From NCBI RefSeq assembly GCF_009914755.1, contig NC_060940.1: a stretch of 64,000 nucleotides of DNA. The stretch is one strand, 5' to 3'. The first letter of the stretch is position 1; every line of letters begins with the position of its first letter. Made by a program: the position numbers and the translations under genes. Positions 13,416 through 26,885 of this stretch are shown in pieces. Under the pieces are notes generated by a model. The model saw only the letters and a list, made by a program, of their open reading frames with translations. It was not told the DNA's origin and ran no database searches. This DNA is from the human T2T-CHM13v2.0 reference genome, Homo sapiens.

Positions 13416-15025
13416 TTTTTTTTTTTTTTTTTTTATTGATCATTCTTGGGTGTTTCTCGCAGAGGGGGATTTGGCAGGGTCATAGGACAATAGTGGAGGG
13501 AAGGTCAGCAGATAAACAAGTGAACAAAGGTCTCTGGTTCTCCTAGGCAGAGGACCCTGCGGCCTTCGGCAGTGTTTGTGTCCCTGGGTACTTGAGATTA
13601 GGGAGTGGTGATGACTCTTAACAAGCATGCTGCCTTCAAGCATCTGTTTAACAAAGTACATCTTGCACTGCCCTTAATCCATTTAACCCTGAGTGGACAC
13701 AGCACATGTTTCAGAGAGCACAGGGTTGGGGGTAAGGTCACAGATCAACAGGATCCCAAGGCAGAAGAATTTTTCTTGGTACAGAACAAAATGAAAAGTC
13801 TCCCATGTCTACTTCTTTCCACACAGACACGGCAACCATCCGATTTCTCAATCTTTTCCCCACCTTTCCTCGCTTTCTATTCCACAAAACTGCCATTGTC
13901 ATCATGGCCCGTTCTCAATGAGCTGTTGGGTACCTCCTCCCAGACAGGGTGGTGGCCGGGCAGAGGGGCTCCTCACTTCCCAGTAGGGGCGGCCGGGCAG
14001 AGGCACCCCTCACCTCCCGGACGGGGCGGCTGGCCGGGTGGGGGGCTGACCCCCCACCTCCCTCCCGGACGGGGCGGCTGGCCGGGCGGGGGGCTGACCC
14101 CCCACCTCCCTCCCGGACGGGGCGGCTGGCCTGGCAGGGGCTGACCCCCCACCTCCCTCCCGGACGGGGTGGCTGCCGGGCGGAGACGCTCCTCACTTCC
14201 CAGACGGGGTGGCTGCCGGGCAGAGGGTCTCCTCACTTCTCAGACGGGGCGGCTGGGCAGAGACGCTCCTCACCTCCCAGATGGGGTCGTGGCCGGGCAG
14301 AGGCACTCCTCACATCCCAGACGGGGCGGCGGGGCAAAGGCGCTCCCCACATCTCAGATGATGGGCGGCCGGGCAGAGACGCTCCTCACTTCCTAGATGG
14401 GATGGCGGCTGGGAAGAGATGCTCCTCACTTCCTAGATGGGATGGCGGCCGGGCAGAGACACTCCTCACTTTCCAGACTGGGCAGCCAGGCAGAGGGGCT
14501 CCTCACGTCCCAGATGATAGGCGGCCAGGCAGAGACGCTCCTCAGTTCCCAGACGGGGTAGTGGCCAGGCAGAGGCTGCACTCTCGTCACTTTGGGAGGC
14601 CAAGGCAGGCAGCTGGGAGGTGGAGGTTGTAGCGAGCTGAGATCACGCCCCTTCACTCCAGCCTGGGCACCATTGAGCACTGAGTGAACCAGACACCGTC
14701 TGCAATCCCGGCACCTCCAGAGGCCGAGGCTGGCGGATCACTTGCGGTTAGGAGCTGGAGACCAGCCCGGCCAACACAGCAAAACCCTGTCTCCCCCCAA
14801 AAAATACGAAAACCAGTCAGGCGTGGCGGCGCGCGCCTGCAATCACAGGCACTGGGCAGGCTGAGGCAGGAGAATCAGGCAGGGAGGTTGCAGTGAGCCA
14901 AGATGGCAGCAGTACAGTCCAGCTTCGGCTGGGCATCAGAGGGAGACCGTGGAAAGAGAGGGAGAGGGAGACCGTGGGGAGAGGGAGAGGGACGGGGAGG
15001 GGGAGGGGGAGGGGGAGAGGGAGAG
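13416..15025 (-). mobile_element. Full-length SVA retrotransposon (C/D-like)
   Basis: Poly-T, SINE-R (about 13436-13950), GC-rich VNTR (about 13950-14570), Alu-like domain (about 14590-14960), (CCCTCT)n head; perfect 16-bp TSD CCCAGTCCTCTATTTC at 13400-13415 and 15026-15041; splits a MIR. Confidence 0.97.
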
Positions 15026-15839
15026 CCCAGTCCTCTATTTCAGTGGAGTGAAAGCTCAGGGACATGGAGTTGTCTAAAAGCTTACATATAGCACGAGGCT
15101 GCCTCCGAATCTACACATAACCTCCTAACTTCATTCTAGGCTGTCACCATTAACTATAATCTACACTCTGATCAGGAACCCTAAAGCAGCTGAGATGATG
15201 TACAGACTGGCTGTGGCTGAGAAATTACACTTCCCCCTGACACAAACACACACAAAAAATCCCTTATACATGCTGTGGATAGTTAAAGTAGGGCAACAGC
15301 CAGAAGTTCATGGCGGCAGCTAACAAATGCTGAGTGGGTTGGTGACCTTCTAGATCCAGGTCTTCTGGATCCCTCTGACCCATCTGGGCCCTTGTCACAC
15401 ATGCACACAGCCTGGGCTTATTACTTGAAGTCTAGGTGGGGAGCAGCGAGAACCAGGGCAGGACTCTCAACCCATCTGGGTAGAAGCTAAGTATTTTCTG
15501 TGTGCCCAGCATGCTCTTAGGCCTTTGGCAGAGGATGTGAAAATTCCAGACTTCAACATATATTCTTGTTGAGGAAGCAAAACACATGAAACAAGGTGCC
15601 CCATCCAGATCCATCTCACTCAAAATAATCTGTGCTGTTCTCCATTCTTTCAGGTCCAGGTGGGTAAGGTGCATGCTAAGGTATTTCTGCCTTGAAATCA
15701 TGCATCAATAATCTCTGCACTTTAGCAGGGCTAGGGTTTAATGTTGTAAGCCAAGAATGACCACTAGTGGGTATTAAGGTTCTATGATAGAGACTGTGGT
15801 TACATGGGAAGCCTCTGGTCTGCCCACTAAATGTGTGAC

Positions 15840-15895
15840 TCTAGGCCCCAGGAAATCACCATCCACAAGGCCCTGCAAAGCCAACTCCTATATTT

Positions 15896-15944
<49 letters not shown>

Positions 15945-16400
15945 ACTCTCTCTCTCAGCACCATCAGCCTTCCTTTAGCTCCTGGAAAGTGCCAAGTTCT
16001 TTCCTATCTCAGAGACTTTGCGCATGTGTAACCCTTCTCCTCTTACACACTTTCCCCACCTTTACCTCACTCAGCTCCTCGTACTTGTTCAGCAATCAGC
16101 AGAAGCCTCACAGCCTATGGCAGGTCTCCTCCAACTCCTTCCTTCTTCCTAGCCAGATTCCTTTGTTAAGGCGCACTTAGAAGACTCTGTCCTCTCCTTA
16201 ATGGGGATTCCCCAGTTCCTAATAAAACATCCACTCATGTCATTATTTGAGTAATGTCTGTCTCTTCTACTCCTCAGTATGTCCCATAAAAGCATAAAGT
16301 CTGTTTTTTGCTCATCCCTGGTGCCTAACCTATATCAAGCCCTTAAAGAATGAAAAAAAAAATGGGTCATGAGTGAATGAATAGGTGAATGGACGAATGA
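15840..16400 (+). mobile_element. L2 3' region
   Basis: CTCAGAGACTTTGCGCATGTG...CATCCCTGGTGCCTAAC...GAGTGAATGAATAGGTGAATG. Confidence 0.7.
15901..15957. repeat. (TC)n microsatellite
   Basis: Seen directly. Confidence 0.95.
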
Positions 16401-18362
16401 GTGAATTCCTTCATAGCCGCAAGTGTCTTGGATATGCTTAGTGTTCTTGGCGCTGGGGTTATGCCCCTCAGAGGCCACCCTGGGCAGTTAGGCAGAACCA
16501 GCCCCGGCCAGAGCAATCAGAGGAGCCAACTTTGCCTCTCCAGTGCTTGGCAGGGTCCTTTGTCCTTCAGTTCATTGAGGCCATAAATGAGCCAGCCACT
16601 GGGCCAGAGAATGATTGCCGTGGCCACTGCCTTCTGAATCCATGATATTGAACAATTCCATCATTTCTGACTAAGTGGTTCTAGACCAGTGACTCAATGA
16701 AAGAGTAAAGAAAAGTGATGGATAAACCTCCCTGCAGTTCTCCTGCTCCTGACCAGCTGAAATGGTATTTAGGATATCAAAGCAGGTAGGATCCTCAATT
16801 TGAGCTCTTCATCCAGGCCAGGGATGTTCCTTCCAGTGAAGGTTTCTGGTCTCTTGTGCACTGTTATCCTAGCAAACAAAATCCCAGTGGTTTTGCCTGT
16901 TTATTTTCTGGCCCTGTGGGTGTCTAAGTCCTGCTATTCTCTGATAGTCTGTAGCACTGGGGAGTAGAGAAGCCCTCCAAGCACAGAGTAAAGCCACTGG
17001 GATTGGGAAACAGGATGAGAAGAAAGATCAAGTCAGAATTCAAATCAAGCCCAACACACTGGGAATCTTTCTGGAGGAAATGGGATGTGGCCTTCCTGCA
17101 GGAGAAGGTAGGAGTCAGAAGGTGGGTGAAGGGGAGAGGGGAGGAAGGGGAGGTCTCATGTCTGTGCAGGTGTAGTGATGTGTCAGGCTAGCTAGAGTGA
17201 CTAGGGGAGTTGTGACTGTCCCCTGCTTTGCTGTTAGAACCACAAGGAAGCCAGCTAGTGCCCTGTGGAGAAGGGAAATTTTCAGGTAGACCAGCAGGTT
17301 GTGCAGCATCTAAGCCATCTTCACGGTTTGTGGCTGTGTCTGCCTTCATGACAAAGTGAGAATGGCTCTGGCTGTCTCCATTTCAGAGGCTGCTTTTGAA
17401 GTCTGGCTGACACTCAGAATGCCCCACTGCACTCTGCATCTCACTGGCCCAAGCTGAGTTGTAATCTTTCAAGAGCCAGCCGTTCACCGCATAATAATCA
17501 AACCAAGATGGATGGAGGAGGAATACAAAGAGCATCCCACTGGCTTGGCTCCAAGTCAGGGGGCCTTCCCTAATGCGACAGACAGACAAGAGAAGAGGCT
17601 TCGGTAATCCCACTGTCTTCCCCAGGATGAGTGGAATTAGCATTTGTATGTGTACTCAATGGATTCAGGCAGCAAAAGCCCTGAGCTAGGAGGTCACAAC
17701 CATGCCCTCTCATCCTGCGTCCCACTACACTCTCTAGCTTTGGGGCCTCAGACAAATTGTTACCCTTCCTGGATCGTTCTGTTCCCATTTGTAAAATAAA
17801 ATCTATAGCACCTAGTGGTCTGGGTAGACCTCTTGAAGGAGGCAATATTTGAGCTGATACCTAATTTGGAGAAAAAAAAACAGAAATAAATTTCTGGTGG
17901 AAATACTTTCTAGGCAGAGAAAATAGAAAGCGTAAACGCCCTAAGGCAGAAGAAAGCCTGGATTATTTGAGGAATAGCAACAACAGCAATGAAAACTGGT
18001 GTGGATGGATCAGAGTTGGGGAGAAGATTATGTCAAGAAGCAGTGAGGAACCCGTAAGTACGGCCTTAAAGATCATGGTTTATATCATGCATGATGAGAA
18101 CATGTCAAAGTATTTTGGGCAGGTGCGTGAAAAGATGTGATTTACATTTGTAAAAAACTTATTCTGGCTGCTCTGTAGAATACATGTTGGGGTAGGTGAG
18201 AGACAAGATGTAAATATGAAGAACATTTATGAGGCCACTGAAGAGATGGTGGCAACACAAAGAATCGATGGTAGCTTGGACCAGAATAATAAGGTGGAGA
18301 TGGAGAGGTAGACAGATTGAGGATATAGGATTAAAATCAGTAAGACATAGTTCATGCATAGA

Positions 18363-19320
<958 letters not shown>

Positions 19321-19422
19321 CATGGGGTTAGCAAGAAGAAGATAGGGGAAAAAAAAGGAATCTCAAATAATATCCAGATTGTTTAAGCTGGAATAACTGG
19401 GTGAATATTAGTGCCACTTATT

Positions 19423-19735
19423 TTTATTTTTTATTTTTATTTATTTATTTATTTTTGAGATGGAGTCTTGCTCTGTTGCCAGCCTGGAGTACGGTGGTGC
19501 AATCTTGACACACTGAAACCTCTGCCTCCCAGGTTCAAGTGATTCTCCTGCCTCAGCCTCTCGAGTAACTGGGACTACAGGCATGTGCCACCACACCCAG
19601 CTAATTTTTGTATTTTTAATAGAGACGGGGTTTCACCATGTTGGCCAGGATGGTCTCGATCTCTTGACTTCGTGATCCACCCACCTCAGCCTCCCAAAGT
19701 GCTGGTATTACAGGCGTGAGCCACCGTACCTGGCC
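19423..19735 (-). mobile_element. AluSc
   Basis: GGCCAGGATGGTCTCGATCTCTTGAC plus the 1-nt-short GTTGCCAG; TSD AGTGCCACTTATT / AGTGCCATTTATT. Confidence 0.9.
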
Positions 19736-20959
19736 AGTGCCATTTATTAACATGAGAAGACTCAGATGTAAGTTCAGGGAATGGCTGTTAGACATCCATG
19801 TGAAAATGTAAATAAAGCATTTAGAAATACAAACTTGAATTCATGGGAGAAGTCTAGGTTTGAGGTAGATATTTGGGAGTCATAGGCAATATTACCAAAT
19901 ATTTAGTAATAAGGGCATCCAGGGAGATGCTCTTAGGTAAGGAGATGGCCAAAGACTAGCCCCTGGAGCCTTCTAATCCTTAAGTGTCATGAAGAGGAGA
20001 AAGTACCAAGCAAGGAAATTAAGGAATAGCAGCAAGTGAGGTTGGTGGACAGGCAGAGAGTCAAGTGTTTTAAGGAGGACGGGGGGATCAATTACACCAA
20101 GTGGGGCTGAGTGGCTGGGTTAGATGAGAATAAAGAGGTGGCCGCTGGCTTTGGAAACATGTACATATTGGTGACTGACAAAAGTAGTTTCAGTCAAGTA
20201 GTGTGGATGGAATTTTGAACATCACTGGGATGAAGAGAGAATAAAGGTGAGAAAGTGGTGATGTGGTTATGAATAACTGATTTGAAAAACCTTGTGCAAT
20301 AGGAACAGAGCATTCAGATAGTACCTGGGAGAAAGTGGGGAATAAAGAAAGGATTTTTAAAGTTAGGATCAGATACTCAGATAGAAACAGAAAGAACAGA
20401 AAAGAGTGGCTGGGAATTAGGCGCAGGGTGAGTGAGAGTCAGAAAACAGTTCCTGGTACTGATACCAGAGATTTCCATGGAAGTCCTACACGCCCCTGTG
20501 GAGAGGGAGGAGCTCTGCAGGGCACCAGGTGTAGCCAGGCACCTGCCTTAGCAGTCTCTCTCCTGTCCCTACCCAGGAGCCTGAAGAGAAGGAGGGAGAA
20601 AGACTGAGAGAAGCAGAGATCAAAGAACCAGGAAGAGAGCCATTTAAAAGGAGGAAGAAGAAAGGCAAGAGCCAGCATGAGTTCTGATTCTGTCAGGATA
20701 GAAGTCAGCCTGCGAGGAAAGAATCTTATTAGACACTGGTTTTCTATCTTCTAGTTGTTTTATCTAATCAATAAGTTTAGTTTACTTTGGAGACTTTCCA
20801 TTTATTGTAACTTTGGGTTTTTTAAAGAAATTTCTAGCCTTAAATGAATCTCTCTTACACACATACACACACACATGCACGTACAGGCACACACACACCA
20901 CCTCCACTCAGTACATGTGGTAATGTTGTATAGGGGCAGATGATCCTAAAATCTGCCCC

Positions 20960-21900
20960 AGAGGGTTAAACATCACACATCTCCAGTCAGATATCATATT
21001 CCATTATCTGGGTGACAGTGATTGGCTCAGACGAGACACCTGACCAGTTAAGATTCAATCCTGGGACTTTTGCTTGAATTATTGGAAAAAGAGACCCTCC
21101 TCTTTGCAAACAGGTGTCAAGCTGGTAGAACACAAGCCCAAGGCTGTCAGATACATGTCTTGGCCACTGCATAAGTAGAGCCTGTGTATTAGTGAGGGTT
21201 CTCTAGAGGGACAGAATTAGTAGGATAGATGTGTATATGAAGGGGAGGTTATTCAGGTGTGTTGACTCACACGATCACAAGATGAAGTCCCACAATAGGC
21301 TGTCTGCAAGCTGAGGAGCAAGGAAGCCAGCTCGAGTCCCAAAACCTCAAAAATAGGGAAGCTGAAAGTGCAGCCTTCAGCCCATGGCTAAAGGCCCAAA
21401 AGCCCCCTGGCAAACCACTGGTGTAAATCCAAGAGTCCAAAAGCTGAAGAACTTGGTGTTCTATATTCGAGGGCAGGAAGTATCCAGCATAGGAGAAAGA
21501 TGAAGGCTCGAAGACTCAGAAAGTCTAGTCCTTCCATGTTCTTCTGCCTGCTTTATTCTAGCCTCACTGGCAGCTGATTAGATGGTGCCAGATTGAGAGT
21601 GAGTCTGCCTCTTCCAGTCCACTGACTAAAATGTCAATCTTCCTTGGCAACACCCTCACAGACACACCCAGGAACAATGCTTTGCATCCTTTAATCCAAT
21701 CAAGTTGACACTATTAACCATCATAGCCTGCTTGAGAATGGAGCTGAAAAGATAAAAGCAGAGCTGAGAGAGGGAGATGAAGCCAGAACTAATTTTGAAC
21801 TTCTAATTTTCATGAATACAAAAGTGTTTTCTCCTTTCCCCCAACTCAAGTAAACCTGAGTTGGTTTCCTGTCACTTACAATGAGAGTCCTCCTGGAACC
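20960..21900 (+). mobile_element. MLT1K/L-like LTR split by MLT2A2
   Basis: GTGATTGGCTCAG..CACCTGACC, CCTGGGACTTTTGC, GAGTTGGTTTCCTGTCACTTACAA. Confidence 0.65.
21185..21725 (-). mobile_element. MLT2A2 (HERV-L) solo LTR
   Basis: TGTATTAGTGAGGGTTCTCTAGAGGGACAG...CAATCAAGTTGACACTATTAACCATCATA; TSD GCCTG at 21180-21184 and 21726-21730. Confidence 0.9.
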
Positions 21901-22089
21901 ACCCAATGCACATAGCACAGACTTAAATACTAAGATAGCAGAGGTAAGCAAGGCAATCTCAGGATCACCGGGAAGGCCAGGATAAAAGGAGATTCACCTG
22001 AGCTAGTCTTAAAGGTAGCTAGAGGAGCAATGAATGAAGTCCAGAGAAAGAGGAAGCTCCAAGACTAGCCACGGGCAGTGTCAGCATTT

Positions 22090-22260
22090 CACAATGTGCT
22101 GTGCATCTTTTACGTCCATGGTCTCATTGGATTCTACAGCAACCCTGTGAACAGTGAGGAAGCCACACTCTGTTTTATGCAAATAAAACGGTCTCAAAGG
22201 AGAGAGAGGACTCACTCTAGCCGTGCCCAGATCCCAGCCCAAGTTTTCTAGCTCCAGGAA
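22090..22260 (-). mobile_element. MIR
   Basis: CTCATTGGATTCTACAGCAACCCTGTGA... Confidence 0.6.
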
Positions 22261-22779
22261 GAGTACTTGGCAGGACCTCCGCCAGCTCAGGTAGAACCTT
22301 TGTACTAATTAACAAAACATGCACTGTCCAGGCACTCACAGCCTCCTGGGCAGATGGGCTGGCTGCTGTTTTTCTCTAATTCCTGGAAAGGCATTGCCCA
22401 CTTCTTATCCTAGGGCTGTTGTGCAGAGCCAGCCTGTACACTGTGCCTTGAAATTGTGGACCACTCTCCTTCCTTCCCTCTTTCTCCTTTCACTTACATT
22501 CTGTGTTTCCTTTCCTGTCTCTGAGCCTCAAGGAGCTCCACACAAAATGAAGCTGGGTTAAACACAGGTCCCCAATAATCTTTTCTATTTTGAAATTCTA
22601 TTACTATGCTTCAGCTGAGGTGGTAAGAAGTAGCCTCCCATGAGATATGATGTTAGCCTCCCAACAGCACCCCCAAAATTGCCTTCACTGGGATCATAAC
22701 TTCATCTTCCATTGAATCCTTTTGGATTTAACCATTGAAGACAATCATGGCAATATGAAACTGGGGGCTCACAATGGTT

Positions 22780-22950
22780 GACTACTGTATCCTTAATGTG
22801 TATCATTCCATTTCATCTGAGATACATACCATTATTTCCATTTCAATGATGAAAATGCCAAGATCAGAGAGGTTTAAGTATCTTGCCTAAGGTCACATAG
22901 GAGGCAAACCTAGTTCTAATTGATCCTAAAGCCAGAATCTATCCACCAGA
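22780..22950 (-). mobile_element. MIR
   Basis: CAGAGAGGTTTAAGTATCTTGCCTAAGGTCACATAG. Confidence 0.75.
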
Positions 22951-24789
22951 TATCCCAGTCATCACCTCTTAATGCTCGATAACACTTCATCAGGTTTCAC
23001 CCAAGACATTCTAGAGATGCAGAGCAGTTGAGCTTTGACAGGGAAAGAGTGAAAGCCAACCCCTGAGCAAAGCCAACATCTCCAGGCAAAGTGGAATGGA
23101 GGTGTGGAGGCTGCAGCAGCATGACCTCTGCTCTAACTCAGAGTCTCCCACTGAACCACCCCTCCCCACAACATGTGTGGCTGCAAGCAAGTTCCTTTAC
23201 CTCTCTGGGTCTCAAGTTCCACATTTGCTGGAAGGGGACATCAAGCCATTTTTCTTCTTACAACACAGAGCTGGCACAAGGGCATAGAAGATGACATGTG
23301 ACCCAATGCCATGCAGGTGTAACATCCTCAGCCTTACACAGTCAGGGTGCTTTGTGATGACTGACAGCCTCTCTGCTGTCACCATGGCTTCAGGTCCACT
23401 CTTTAAATTGTTGGCCTTAGTCATGAAGCTACAGAATTCAACTGAGGAATGCAGTCATCCTTAAAGAAAAAAGAACTCTCTCCTTCCAAAAACCTCTTGC
23501 AAGGATAAAACTACATTTGCCCTTGTCCCTTGTTTCGAGGTAAAGTCACATACTCAATTATGCTGGCTTCTCTGTCTCCCTTTGCAGGTGCTGGGTGAGG
23601 TTAGACCAGGGTTATTGATGCAACATTCCTATTTTAAATGCAAAACAAAAGAGACATTATTTGTCTTGAATGTAAAATGAAGTCCCAGTGCATTTTTCAA
23701 GCTGCTAAGGCACAATTGGTCTAGTATTCATTTCTGTGGCAAATACAGAAACAAGCGAAAACCTAGCAGGTTTGAGGTATTTGTTTCCCTGTTAATATAA
23801 TCAAACAAACTCTAAGGAGGCATTTTCTAATTTACTTTTGCATTGGATCCTTAAATTTATATAAATAGTGCTGGAAATGAAACTCTTGTGTCTTTATAAT
23901 CTTGCATCTCACGTCTGGAAACCGAACTCTCCCCAGATTAAAAAAAAATTGGAAGTAATTTAACGTCAGATGCATCTCTCTAAAGTATTGTTCTTCACCA
24001 TTTTTGTAATGGCTGAGACAGTAGTGATCTTAGAGCAGCCTGTCCACTGAAGCTTTGCATTTGCATAGGATCAAATCATAAGTATCTGCTAGAAAACTCA
24101 TGGCTCAAAGGACCTGTTCCAGGCTTCTACTATCTGCAGCTAATTTCCTTTTCATAACAGGGTTGTCTTTTTTCATTGAGAGAACAAGAGAGAGAAAGAG
24201 AGAGAGAGAGACATTATTGAATCATTAGAATAATTGGTCCCCAATAAGTAAAATTTTCTTTAGATGATTAAATTAATTCTAGGGGAAAAAAGAGAATTTT
24301 TCCAGTAAGCTCTTATGTCTTATTTCTTACTCAAAGAAATGGTTACCCCTTTTGCCACCCCACCCTCCTTATTGTACACAAACACAGACAGCGAGAATTT
24401 GCTTTCTATTAAGGGGCAGGTATTTATTTTTTCTATATTCAGAAGCCAGTGCTTTGGTTCTCAAAGCTTCTTTTCAATGGGTGCTTAGAGACAAAACATT
24501 GATGATGCTGGTGGGAGAGGGGCGGCATGTGCCTGGGTGGACTTGCAATCATTCTCTTCCCATTCCTCAAGTCCACACACCCAGCTCAGTGGCAACCAGA
24601 CATACCACTTCCACTCAGCTCCACAACTGTCTACTAAAAAAGAGACTGGACAACACCAATCTCAGAGCTGTAGGACAGACAAAGAAACATGAGTAGTGAC
24701 TCTCCCATGTGTGCAAAGCTGTTGTGGGTCAGGCCCAAGACAAACTTGGGGTGCCATGTGGTTAGTGGGTATATCAGGAGGGCCAACAA

Positions 24790-25020
24790 AGAATGTGTCA
24801 AGAGAGTAAAGAAGTCCAAATCCAGGCTGATCTGGTTTTCAATCTTGACACCACTTCATAATAGCTCTGAGATCTCAGACAAATGAATTCACATTCTAAA
24901 TATCCTTTTCTGAAAAATGTGACTAATATCCTAGTGCTTCTAACAGAGGTAAGGCAATGCAATAGAGATGGGTGTTTAGCACACACTGCCTGGCACCCAT
25001 CAGATGCTCAGTAAATAGCA
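24790..25020 (+). mobile_element. MIR
   Basis: TTAGCACACACTGCCTGGCAC...GATGCTCAGTAAATA. Confidence 0.7.
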
Positions 25021-25133
25021 CAAAGTACAACTGGGTCAGAGACAAGGGAAACACTGTGCCCATTGAGATTAGCCTCAGAAGCTTCTTGGAGAAGGCAGGT
25101 TTTAAGTGACAATGAGTAGCTGGGTTTGACCAG

Positions 25134-25135
<2 letters not shown>

Positions 25136-25172
<37 letters not shown>
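25136..25172 (+). repeat. A37 homopolymer within an L2 (-) remnant
   Basis: 37 consecutive A with no adjacent Alu or L1 body. Confidence 0.95.
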
Positions 25173-25174
<2 letters not shown>

Positions 25175-25859
25175 CTTTTAATGTATGAATAGCTGAACCA
25201 AAGGCATAAATGGGACGCTGGGCATGACTCATAGAGGACACACTAAAGAGAATGGCCTGACACCCACCCTGAAGCCTCCCTGTCACCAACAACCCAACTC
25301 CCTTAGTCTGGATGGTTCAGGAAGTATAAGATGGTTCTTACCTTTTGTCTATTTGACATAATGAGAAGGGCGAGATTGCAACAAACAAAATTTTCAGAGC
25401 ATTTCAACTTGAGGTATGCATGTTGATTCAAATTAGCACAAGGCTTGCCAAATAGCTGCTCAGTAAACCCTTGTTGGTAAATGGCACTGCTCTGTCAATT
25501 ACTATGGACAATGATGAGTAGGATTCCTTGCAAATAAAGTATCACATCCATTCACTATAATTACCCAATATAATACTGTTGCTGTTCCCTGCATCTACTT
25601 TTGACAGGAATACACAAATGATACCAAAAAGAGCTCAGAGCTGACATGTAGTCTTTTTAGAACTAATCACCTTCCACAGTTTGTTCTGTGTTCAATGAAA
25701 GTTCAGCCAAAATGCGTAGACTTTTCCCACCTCAATCTCTGATAAACAGCAACTCGCATTCAGGATGAAGACTTAAGGTTTGCCAGACCCTTTAACAGGG
25801 AAGAAAGATTTCACTATGGCCACTAGTCTGTTTTTGCTAGGGCAGGAAAGTGGACTCAT

Positions 25860-26035
25860 ATATTTTCATAGAGTATAGGAGCTAGAGGTGACCCTAGAGG
25901 TCACCAAATCCAGTGATCTCACCCACAGATGGGAAAACCGAGACCTATCAAGAAAAGATGTATTTTAAATCAAACAGTTAACAAAGCAGAGCTAGGGCTC
26001 AAATCCAGGATGACTGACCCTTGCTCAACTCGTGT
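25860..26035 (-). mobile_element. MIR
   Basis: ACAGATGGGAAAACCGAGACC...GCAGAGCTAGGGCTCAAATCCAGG. Confidence 0.75.
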
Positions 26036-26076
26036 GTGCTGGAAAGATGCTTAGCGATAAAGTCAACCCAATACAG

Positions 26077-26357
26077 TTAGATACATTATATTAGATAGAT
26101 TCATAGAAAGTATATTAGATAGATTCATAGATTAGATAGATTCATCTATCGATGATTGATTGATAGGGAAGATAGAGATAGATAGATACATAGACACATA
26201 GATACAAAGAGGTGATAGATAGATGATTGATAGATGATTGATAGATAGATAATAGGAGAGAGATGATATAGACAGATGATACATGGATAGATAGATGACA
26301 GAATAGATAGATGATAAATAGAAAGACAGATGATAGAGATGATAGATACATGATAGA
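26077..26357. repeat. Degenerate (GATA/TAGA)n simple repeat
   Basis: Seen directly; includes a repeated ATTAGATAGATTCAT unit. Confidence 0.92.
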
Positions 26358-26558
26358 AAGGAATCTCCATTCCTCATGCACTTAGATAAAGTTTAACCAC
26401 TTATTACCCCCACTTCTATATAATGGACAGTTTCCTTCTTCACCTATGCCTTCATGAAGCCACCCCTAAGTCTTTCCCTTTGGAACAGTCTACTTCTTTT
26501 TCTTCCTCCCTTCCTCCCTCCCTCCCCCACTCCCTTCCGTCCCTCCTTCCTTTATTCC

Positions 26559-26615
26559 TTTTTTTTTTGAAAAGGTCTTGCTCTCTTACCCAGGCTGGAG
26601 TGCAGTGGCACAATC
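26559..26615 (-). mobile_element. Severely 5'-truncated Alu with a CT-rich tail
   Basis: TTTTTTGAAAAGGTCTTGCTCTCTTACCCAGGCTGGAGTGCAGTGGCACAATC. Confidence 0.8.
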
Positions 26616-26696
26616 GTGCATCCCAGGTAAATCCTGTGAAATGGTAACTCTCTTCAGGCAAGGAACCTGCCTCTATTCCTCTCACATTCTCTACAG

Positions 26697-26885
26697 CAGA
26701 GAATCCAAAACAGTTTTATGGACTGGCTACATTAGAAAATTGATTGAGGAACTTTCCAAAAATTCCTAATCCTGGGCTCCACTCACAGAAATTCTGGTTC
26801 AGGAGGTCTGAGGTGGAACTAATAATCTGTATTTCTGCAAAGCTTTCCGTGTGACTATGAGGATTAGGCAAGTTTTGCAGCACTA
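26697..26885. mobile_element. MER5-like hAT-Charlie element
   Basis: CCTGGGCTCCACTCACAGAAATTCTGGTTCAGGAGGTCTGAGGTGG...ATCTGTATTTC. Confidence 0.7.

Noticed and set aside
13950-14570. Tandem repeat units of about 40-50 bp resembling a CRISPR array
   Set aside because: SVA VNTR with no unique spacers and no cas genes, in a primate genome
13440-15091. Overlapping 60-227 aa ORFs rich in G/P/R
   Set aside because: Translation of the stop-poor SVA VNTR, SINE-R and hexamer tracts; not genes
20420-20850. Purine-rich segment that may be an ancient Gypsy-type LTR
   Set aside because: Could not assign a family or termini from memory
26132-26381. Three overlapping S/I/Y/L-rich ORFs
   Set aside because: Artefact of the (TATC)n repeat
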